Of a DNA stretch of 64,000 nt, positions 1 through 6,904 are shown in pieces (the first letter of the stretch is position 1; each line of letters starts with the position of its first letter). Made by a program: the position numbers and the translations under genes. The DNA is from Vulcanimicrobiota bacterium. GTDB taxonomy: Bacteria; Vulcanimicrobiota; Vulcanimicrobiia; Vulcanimicrobiales; Vulcanimicrobiaceae. The stretch spans positions 1,216,001 through 1,280,000 of the forward strand of contig OY968762.1 of the NCBI GenBank assembly GCA_963695225.1, read 5' to 3'. The notes below the pieces were generated by a model that was given only the letters and a program-made list of their open reading frames with translations, did not search any database and had not been told where the DNA came from.

Positions 1-494
1 GCATCGCGTCCCAGGGACGAGTCGATTTCCTCGTCCACCGCCGCGGCAACGCCCGGCGAGAGCGTGGCGGCGGGGCGCGCCGTCACCGGCGGCCGCTTCG
101 CGAGAGCGGCGGCAGGCCGCAGCGTCGGCGAGGCGGAGACCGTCGGGACGGACGCGGGTTCGCGGCTCGCGGTCGCTGCCGGTGCCGGCGTTGCCCGCGG
201 AGAGGGTGCGAGGCTCGGGGCGGGCGATGCCGCAGCGAGCGGCGTCGCCGAAGGCAGCGCAGACGGGGAGGCCGGCGGCGCCGGGGTCTTCGCCGGGGTT
301 GCGAGAGGCGCCGGCGAAGGCGGCGGCGGCGCGACGACGACATGCACCGCCGGCGAGGGGACGGCCGGTTCGCGGTTGACCGCGTACGAAATCGCTCCGC
401 CTATTGCGAAACCGGCGAACACGACGGCGATCATCGCCGGGATCAGAGGAAAGTTCGGCTCGACGGGCCGACGACGCGGCGGGCGCGCTCCCAT
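1..494 (-). CDS. Membrane-anchored Pro/Ala-rich hypothetical protein (3' end runs off window)
   Basis: ATG at 494 reads MGARPPRRRPVEPNFPLIPAMIAVVFAGFAIGGAISY (one TM helix), then a long P/A/S/T linker; open to the window edge. The + strand ORF 64..906 is largely its antisense shadow. Confidence 0.65.
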   Translation of the reverse strand, partial: MGARPPRRRPVEPNFPLIPAMIAVVFAGFAIGGAISYAVNREPAVPSPAVHVVVAPPPPSPAPLATPAKTPAPPASPSALPSATPLAAASPAPSLAPSPRATPAPAATASREPASVPTVSASPTLRPAAALAKRPPVTARPAATLSPGVAAAVDEEIDSSLGRD

Positions 495-561
495 TGCGGA
501 TTCTTTTCGCGCGACGGCCCCGTTGCGCCTCGCGCGAACGTGGCCCGGCGCACCAAGAAGC

Positions 562-906
562 GTGCACGTCCGCAGCGAAGTGGGCGGCGTGATCCGGTTC
601 TCGACCCCGATCGACATCCGCACGGTAGCGGCAACGGCCAGCGAGGCGTTTGCGCTCGCAACGCCGCTGCGCGTCGATCAGCTCGTGGCGCTCGCGATCG
701 GCGAAGCGATCGGTTTCCGCGCCCCCGCCGACAAGCGCGAGCGCAGCATCCGGCGAGTCCTCGCCGGCTTGCACGCGCGGGATTTCGTCGTCGAGGTCGA
801 CGGCCGGATCTACGAGCGCCTCGACGCGATCGCGGTCTGCTCCGGCACGATCACGCTTCGCTTCTTCTCGACCGAGCGGCGCGGACCGCGCCTGCCGGCA
901 AGCTGA
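562..906 (+). CDS. Small hypothetical protein, possible beta-grasp (ubiquitin-like) fold
   Basis: GTG at 562 (or 580) after AAGAAG; protein-like sequence VIRFSTPIDIR...DFVVEVDGRIYERLD...TITLRFF. Confidence 0.55.
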   Translation: MHVRSEVGGVIRFSTPIDIRTVAATASEAFALATPLRVDQLVALAIGEAIGFRAPADKRERSIRRVLAGLHARDFVVEVDGRIYERLDAIAVCSGTITLRFFSTERRGPRLPAS

Positions 907-915
907 GCGCCGGAG

Positions 916-2184
916 CTACGGCCGCAGGAACGCCGCCGTCACGTTTCCGCCGCGGCGCTGGACCAGCTCCGCGTAGAGCGCGTTAGGCCAGGCAAAATCG
1001 GCCCGGGTGAACTGTAGCGGATCGTCGATGTCGTACGACTCGTGCAAGCGATGGTCGCCGCTATCCGAAGCCGCGAGATACGCGCCGACGTCGTTGATCT
1101 CCGCGGCGTCGCTCGAGGTCAATGCCTGCATCACGAGCGCGAGCGGCCAAACGTACCCCGGCGGCGTGTGCGGGCTGCCGATACCCCGCCCGAACGCCCC
1201 GACGAAATAGTACGGGTTCCGCGAGGAGAGCGCGAAACTGCGGGTCGTCCGGTAGACGGGATCGCGCTGCGACGCGTACCCGAAATATGGGATCGAAACG
1301 AGCGACGGGATGTTCGCATCGTCCATCAGGCTCGCATGCCCGAGGCCGTCGACTTCGTAGGCGTAAATCTTCCCGAGATCGGGGACGGTCACGATGCCGA
1401 AGCGTTCGATGCCGGCCCGGACGGACTCCGCGAGCGTCGAGGCGAGCGCCGCATCCAGCGCGTTGCGGTAGACGTCGCGCTCGATTTCGGCGAGATCGCG
1501 CATCGCGACGACGGCGAACATGTTGACCGGGACGTTGTAGTGGTAACGGGCCGGATCGTCGGAGGGGCGGAACCCGGTCCAAATCATGCCGGTCTCCCCG
1601 ACCGGGCTCCCCCGCCCTCCTTCCGCAAGTTGCTCGTGGCGATACGGCGAGCGCGCGAGGTGATGCTGCTCCGTACGGAAGACGGCCAGGACGCGTTCGA
1701 ACGCGCGATTGACTTCGCCGGTGAAGATCGAGCGGTCGCCGGTCTCGCGCCAGTAGCGGTGCGCGAACCAAATCGGATAGAGCAGGGAATCGACTTCGAA
1801 CTTCCGTTCCGCGACGCGGTAGTCGGCCGAGAAGGCATTCGCATACGGGTCGATCAGGATGTACTTGGCGTGTCGCGCGACGACGCCGCGCAGCATCTTC
1901 CCGATCTCCGGGTCGCGCGCGGCGTAAGGAACGTACGGGGCGACGACCGCGCTCGAATCGCGCAGCCATTCCGCCTCGATGTCGCCCGTCGTCACGAACG
2001 TCGTGCCGTCGAGTTGCGTCGAGGCGTGGCGGTGCATCGCTTCGTCGAACGCCGTCAGGTAGATGCTCTCGAGCGTCGCCAAAGGAGCCGCTGCCGTCTG
2101 GGCATCCGCGCGAGCAGGCGGGGCGGCTGCCCAGAAGAGCATCGCCGCAGCTAGAATTGCAATCACGCGGCTCGATGTAAACAT
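916..2184 (-). CDS. Secreted glycoside hydrolase family 125 (exo-alpha-1,6-mannosidase-like)
   Basis: Signal peptide; motifs ERKFEVDSL, WTGFRPSDD, MDDANIPSL, GIGSPHT, LHESYD, FAWPNALYAEL. Confidence 0.9.
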   Translation of the reverse strand: MFTSSRVIAILAAAMLFWAAAPPARADAQTAAAPLATLESIYLTAFDEAMHRHASTQLDGTTFVTTGDIEAEWLRDSSAVVAPYVPYAARDPEIGKMLRGVVARHAKYILIDPYANAFSADYRVAERKFEVDSLLYPIWFAHRYWRETGDRSIFTGEVNRAFERVLAVFRTEQHHLARSPYRHEQLAEGGRGSPVGETGMIWTGFRPSDDPARYHYNVPVNMFAVVAMRDLAEIERDVYRNALDAALASTLAESVRAGIERFGIVTVPDLGKIYAYEVDGLGHASLMDDANIPSLVSIPYFGYASQRDPVYRTTRSFALSSRNPYYFVGAFGRGIGSPHTPPGYVWPLALVMQALTSSDAAEINDVGAYLAASDSGDHRLHESYDIDDPLQFTRADFAWPNALYAELVQRRGGNVTAAFLRP

Positions 2185-2256
2185 AGCTCTTCTCTAGTTA
2201 TCGGCTGAAACTCCCGCGGCGGACGGCGCGTTGTTGCCAGGGGAGGGGACCACCCG

Positions 2257-3075
2257 ATGCGTACGCCGATGAGCGCGATCGCCGCCGTTTTGCTCTTCGC
2301 GTGCAGCGGCTCGGAGCGGGCTCTGGCCGACGAGGCCTACCGCATGTGGGGGAGCGACCGCTTCCAGACGGCCGCCGGCGGACGCCCGAGCGAGATCGAC
2401 TACAGCGGGCGGCAATCACTCTCGATCCGGAGCGAACGAAACCTGCGAATCTACCATGCCCGGGCCGAGTACGACCGGGTCGAAGGCGGAGCGCGCGTTC
2501 ATGCGATCGCGACCTTCGGCGCCGAAGCAACGGCCGAAGGCGACGTGCGGGATCTGGAGTCGAACGATCCGGATTTCATGACGGTCCTCAACCAGCCGTT
2601 CAACGTCGAGTTGGACCGCCTGACGATGCGGGACCTCGCCACGCTCTCCGCGCCCATCCCCTTCCGGTTCCCGTCCCCCGTCGACGGCACGGCGCTCGAT
2701 GGGACGTTGCGGCACGAAGCTACGGATCGGGGCGAACGCGGGATCCTCGGCGTCGTCTTCCACGTCGCGGGGCCGATGCACGGTCGAGTCGGCGACCGCT
2801 CGCCGGAAACGCTGGACGGACGCATTACGGTCGACGGCACCGCTCGCTACGTGAAGGCGAGCGGTCTCCTTCGCGATCTCGACGCAACCGTCACGATCTC
2901 GGGACGAGTGATGCCGCACGAGGAAGCCGGTGTACTCGCCGTCTATCGACGGTCGATTCGGCGTGAAACGCAGGCGCTCGCGCCCGTGCCGGCCGTTTCC
3001 AGCCGGGGGACCGCCGCGACGGACCGCAGAAAACGCGCAACTCTGCCCCCCCAATCGCGGTCGTTGCGCTCATGA
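2257..3075 (+). CDS. Secreted hypothetical protein
   Basis: GGAGG RBS; N-terminal signal/lipoprotein-like peptide (LLFAC); beta-rich body; ATGA overlap with next gene. Confidence 0.65.
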   Translation: MRTPMSAIAAVLLFACSGSERALADEAYRMWGSDRFQTAAGGRPSEIDYSGRQSLSIRSERNLRIYHARAEYDRVEGGARVHAIATFGAEATAEGDVRDLESNDPDFMTVLNQPFNVELDRLTMRDLATLSAPIPFRFPSPVDGTALDGTLRHEATDRGERGILGVVFHVAGPMHGRVGDRSPETLDGRITVDGTARYVKASGLLRDLDATVTISGRVMPHEEAGVLAVYRRSIRRETQALAPVPAVSSRGTAATDRRKRATLPPQSRSLRS

Positions 3076-3761
3076 GTGCGCTTGCACCGCTCCTGTTGCA
3101 GGAGTTCCGCGTGCCTTCTCCCTTGCGAACGGCTCAGGTCAACTCGGAGGACTCCCTCCGAAAGCCGTCCCGTTCTGCGAAAAAGCCGGTCCCGTCCGTC
3201 GAATCGTTCGAGTCGATCGTCGACGAGTTCCAGCGGCGCCTCTACGGCTTCGCGCTCCGCATGACGGGAAATCGCGAAGATGCCGAGGAGATCGTGCAGG
3301 ACGCCTTCGTGCGCGCCTTCCGGGCGCTCGGGAAGATGTCGGCGGAACAACGCGCCGAACTGCGCCTGCAGCCGTGGCTCTACACGATCACGCTGAACGT
3401 GACGCGGAATCGCCTGCGTTCGAAGCGCCCCCCGAACGTCGCGCTCGACGCCCTCGCCGACCCCGACGCGCTCCTGCGCGGGGCGAGCGAGGGGCCGGAG
3501 CGGCCGGAAGCCATCGTGGAGCGCAGTTCGGACATGGTCCTGGTCGAAAGAGCCCTGCTGCAACTTCCGATGCATCTGCGCGCGGCGGCGACGCTGCGCT
3601 TCATCGAAGGGCGCAGCCATCCGGAAATCGCCGAAATTCTGAATCAACCGATCGGCACCGTCAAGTCGCACGTGCATCGTGCGGTTCGCGTCTTGCGTCG
3701 CGTCCTCGGCCCCGAACTCGGAAGAATCGTCGCAAACGAGGAGGCCGAGCATGCGGTGTAG
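3072..3761 (+). CDS. ECF-type RNA polymerase sigma-70 factor
   Basis: Region 2 (LYGFALRMTGNREDAEEIVQDAFVRAF, WLYTITLN) and region 4.2 (SHPEIAEILNQPIGTVKSHVHRA); start may lie slightly downstream. Confidence 0.93.
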   Translation: MSALAPLLLQEFRVPSPLRTAQVNSEDSLRKPSRSAKKPVPSVESFESIVDEFQRRLYGFALRMTGNREDAEEIVQDAFVRAFRALGKMSAEQRAELRLQPWLYTITLNVTRNRLRSKRPPNVALDALADPDALLRGASEGPERPEAIVERSSDMVLVERALLQLPMHLRAAATLRFIEGRSHPEIAEILNQPIGTVKSHVHRAVRVLRRVLGPELGRIVANEEAEHAV

Positions 3762-4491
3762 TGACGTCGAAGCCCTGTGGGATGAAATGCGCGAAGGCGT
3801 CGAACCCGAGCGCGAGCACGCGGTCGCGCATCTGCGCCGTTGCACGACCTGCCAAGAGCTCTACCGGGAATTCGAGGGCGTCGCGTATTGCCTCTCGTGC
3901 CTCCCGGTAGTCGAGCCGCCGGCCGATCTGCTGCCGCGGATCATCGATCACATTCGAGCGATGCGCGGCCGCCTGCAGCGCGCCGCCGTCCCGGACGAGA
4001 TCGGCCGGGTCTCCTCGCCCGTCGGGGACTTGTACGTCGCTTGGCGCGCCGACGCGATCACGTTTCTCGGATTCGACCGGGGCGAGGATTTCGAGGCGAT
4101 GACCCAGCGCGTGGAGCGCCGCCTGCGGCGCCCCGTGCAGCCGGCCGACGTGCCGACCTGGCTGATCCACGCCGTCGCGCGATTCTTCGCGACGTGGTCG
4201 GTCGACGAAGCGCGCGTCGATATTTCGACGCTGACGACGTTCGAACAGGCCGCGCTGCGCAAGGCGGCGCAGATCCCGCCGGGCGAAGTGCGCTCGTATG
4301 GCTGGATCGCGCGCGAGATCGGCAAGCCGCTCGCGGCGCGGGCGGTCGGCCAAGCGATGGCGCGCAATCCGATCGCGCTCCTCTATCCGTGCCACCGCGT
4401 CGTCGATGCCAGCGGAGCGCTGCACAATTACGGATACGGCATCGAGCTCAAAGCTCGCATCCTGCTGATGGAAGGGTATCGCAAGGGCTGA
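3751..4491 (+). CDS. Fusion of zf-HC2/ZAS anti-sigma domain and methylated-DNA--protein-cysteine methyltransferase (Ogt/AGT)
   Basis: GAGGAGG RBS then ATG 3751 inside the sigma gene; N-term MRC...HLRRCTTC (HxxxCxxC); C-term IPPGEVRSYGWIA, ARAVGQAMARNP, PCHRVV, KARILLMEG. Confidence 0.9.
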   Translation: MRCSDVEALWDEMREGVEPEREHAVAHLRRCTTCQELYREFEGVAYCLSCLPVVEPPADLLPRIIDHIRAMRGRLQRAAVPDEIGRVSSPVGDLYVAWRADAITFLGFDRGEDFEAMTQRVERRLRRPVQPADVPTWLIHAVARFFATWSVDEARVDISTLTTFEQAALRKAAQIPPGEVRSYGWIAREIGKPLAARAVGQAMARNPIALLYPCHRVVDASGALHNYGYGIELKARILLMEGYRKG

Positions 4492-4569
4492 GCGTCCGCC
4501 CGGCGAAATCCCGCCCCCATACTACGTCCGCGGCCCCTTCAGAGAACGAGACGAACGAAGGTTAACAGA

Positions 4570-4706
4570 CGGACAAAGGGAGGTGATCATCGTTAGTTAC
4601 GAAGGCCATCAATGCAATTCGACCACGATGATTGGAGGTGCGTGGGGCTAACCCCGCGCGCGAACGTTCACCACTTGTCCGCCGGCCGCGCGCCGGCTTT
4701 TTTTTT
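4570..4706 (+). ncRNA. Candidate structured small RNA / small-ORF mRNA
   Basis: Outer pairing CGGACAA(4570-76)/TTGTCCG(4675-81) and GGTGA/TCACC; inner stems ATCATCGT/ACGATGAT and GTGCGTGGGG-CTAA-CCCCGCGCGC; ends in a terminator; contains 22-codon ORF 4583-4651. Confidence 0.5.
4681..4706 (+). terminator. Rho-independent terminator
   Basis: GCCGGC-cgcgc-GCCGGC followed by T9. Confidence 0.85.
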
Positions 4707-4937
4707 GCCCCCCGTCATCCTGCGCCCGCCGCAGGATGAGGGCTCACCGCTTTCCGCAACGCGCGGGACGAAGGCATGTTTCGCTCGAAGGAACCTTGCT
4801 GTGACCCCGGTTACCTCGCAACAGCGGGACTTCGCCCGCATTCACATTTCCCTCGAGGATTTCACGCTGTACCACGACAGAGCATCGGTCCGCCTCGTTT
4901 GGCTCCCGGCCGCCCGCGCCGCGCAGGAGCGGCCCCA

Positions 4938-6863
4938 ATGACGGACGATCCGCGGATTCACGCGCTCCCCGACATTCACGGCCACCCGAAGGGCGAACAC
5001 CGCCCGTACGCTGAGGAGCGGCCGATCCCCTATTCGGCGCGGATGCTGTTTCTGTGGTTCTACCACGCCTGCCGGCGTGGCTCGCCGCGCTTCATGATGG
5101 TCTCCGACCACGTCAATTACCTCACGTTCGAGGATCCGGCCGCCGTCAATCTCGTCCGCCGTGCCCTCAAGCTCGCCCATGCGGGCGATCTCTACGGCGC
5201 CGCGGAGACCGCCGGCGTCGAGATCGCTCACGCCGCGGTCGTTTCCGAGGGCCTGCGTAAAGGGATGCGCTATTCCATCGGCGCCGAGGTCGACAACGAT
5301 CCGCGCAGCCGGCCGGACGCGCAGAACATCGTGGACGCGATGAAGCCGGACGGGACGATCCGTTCCGTGCATTTCCTCCCGATCCCGCACCCCGAGCACG
5401 GCGAAGGCTGGCTGTGGCCCTTCGACAATCCCGAGTTCGTCGCGACCTTCGATCTCGTCGGCGTCGAGCGCACGTGGGAAATCTATATCGAAACGCTGCT
5501 CGCCGCCCTCGAGAACCAGAGCTCCCAAATCCTCGGGCATTTCTACGTGCCCGCGAAATTCGGGCACTGGCCGGCCACGGAGATCCTCGAGGCCTACGAG
5601 GACCGCATCATCGAAGTCTGCAAGGAGCGCGAGATCGCGATCGAGCTGAACTCCCGCTGCTTCTACCGCGACCAGAACGAAGAACAGCACCGGCGCTATC
5701 GCGAAGCGAACGCGCGCCTGCTCAAGAAAGCAAAGGCCGCGGGCGTTCTCGTCGCCGTCGGCTCCGACGCGCACAGCCCGAAGGATCAAGGGCGCGCCTT
5801 CGAGATCGTCCTCGAGATGCTCGACGAAGCGGAGATCAACGAGCTGGCGTTCCCGATCGGAGGGCGTCTCGCGAAGGTCGCGCTGCGCGCCAGCAAAGAG
5901 CTCCTCGAACAGAAGCGCAACGTCGCCCCGGTCTCTGTCGGGAGCAGCATCACGGGCCTCGGCCGGGCCGAGCTCGCAGCGCGCGGTGTCGCGTTACCCC
6001 CGGAGAGCGAGCCCGCCGAGCGCACCGAGGCTGCGGCTCGAACGAGGCAGAAGCGCGTTGCTGCCGCGGCGGCCGCCGCCGAAGCGCCCGACGCCGCGCT
6101 CAAGGCGCCGCGCCGCGCGAAGGCAGCGCCGGCGCAGATCGCTGAGAACACGCCCGAAGCTGCGCCCGCCGGCGACGGTGCGGCCGCACCGGCCGCCGAC
6201 GTGCCGGCCAAGCCGGCGAGAGCGCGCTCCGCGCGCGTTCCAAAGGCACTCCCCGTGGCGGCCGAAGCCGCGGCACCGCAGCGCGAGGCGCTCGAGCCTG
6301 CACCCGTCACCCAGGCCCTGACGCCCGCGACCGTACCGGCCACGGGCGCTCCCGCCAAGAAGGGGGCGCGCGCCAAACCCGCTCGCGTCGAGGCACGCGA
6401 GAGCGCGCCGCCCGCGAAAGCAACCGCGGCGAAACCGATCGCGGCGAAGGCGACCGCCGCCAAGGCGAAGGCGACGGCGGTGAAGGCGGCGGCGGCGAAA
6501 CCGCCGCCGAAACGCCCCTCCGCGAAGACTCCCGCCGCAGCGGCCAAGCCGGCCGCTCGCACGGCGAAGCCCGCCAAGAAGGCCCCGCCGTCGAAGGCGG
6601 CCGCACCGCGCGCCGCCGCGAAGGCGAAACCGCCGGCACGCGCCACCGCTGCGGCCGCGAAGAAAGCCGCCCCAGCGAAGAAGGTTTCGCCCCCCGCCGC
6701 GCGCGCGGCGAAGGCGCGCAAGGTCGCGAAAGCCGCGCCGAAGACAGCGGCAAAAGCGCCCGCGAAAGCCCCTGCCAAAGCAGCAAAGAGCGCGCCCAAG
6801 GCCGCAAAGCCGAAGCCGAAGGGAAAAGGTTCTTCCAACAAGGCAACGCGCAAGCGCCGCTGA
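4938..6863 (+). CDS. PHP-family (HisJ-like) phosphoesterase with long C-terminal Lys/Ala/Pro-rich histone-H1-like tail
   Basis: AGGAG RBS, ATG 4938; PHP motifs DIHGH, SDH, GAEVD, SVH, LGH, IELN, GSDAHSP; last ~270 aa are AKAPAK/KKAAP low complexity. Confidence 0.85.
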   Translation: MTDDPRIHALPDIHGHPKGEHRPYAEERPIPYSARMLFLWFYHACRRGSPRFMMVSDHVNYLTFEDPAAVNLVRRALKLAHAGDLYGAAETAGVEIAHAAVVSEGLRKGMRYSIGAEVDNDPRSRPDAQNIVDAMKPDGTIRSVHFLPIPHPEHGEGWLWPFDNPEFVATFDLVGVERTWEIYIETLLAALENQSSQILGHFYVPAKFGHWPATEILEAYEDRIIEVCKEREIAIELNSRCFYRDQNEEQHRRYREANARLLKKAKAAGVLVAVGSDAHSPKDQGRAFEIVLEMLDEAEINELAFPIGGRLAKVALRASKELLEQKRNVAPVSVGSSITGLGRAELAARGVALPPESEPAERTEAAARTRQKRVAAAAAAAEAPDAALKAPRRAKAAPAQIAENTPEAAPAGDGAAAPAADVPAKPARARSARVPKALPVAAEAAAPQREALEPAPVTQALTPATVPATGAPAKKGARAKPARVEARESAPPAKATAAKPIAAKATAAKAKATAVKAAAAKPPPKRPSAKTPAAAAKPAARTAKPAKKAPPSKAAAPRAAAKAKPPARATAAAAKKAAPAKKVSPPAARAAKARKVAKAAPKTAAKAPAKAPAKAAKSAPKAAKPKPKGKGSSNKATRKRR

Positions 6864-6904
6864 ATTTGCACCTCCTCGCTTCATAAGTTTCGGGAGGTGT
6901 CCGC

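Noticed and set aside
3037..3065. Autoregulatory ECF promoter GCAAC...CGTT upstream of the sigma gene
   Set aside because: Spacing of about 20 nt is too long and no convincing second copy was found
4579..4588. GGAGGTGATC as a 16S rRNA fragment on the minus strand
   Set aside because: Only 10 nt match and the flanks do not resemble 16S helix 45; better read as an SD
5786..6871. 361-aa antisense hydrophobic ORF
   Set aside because: Mirror of the AAG/GCC-rich tail codons on the + strand
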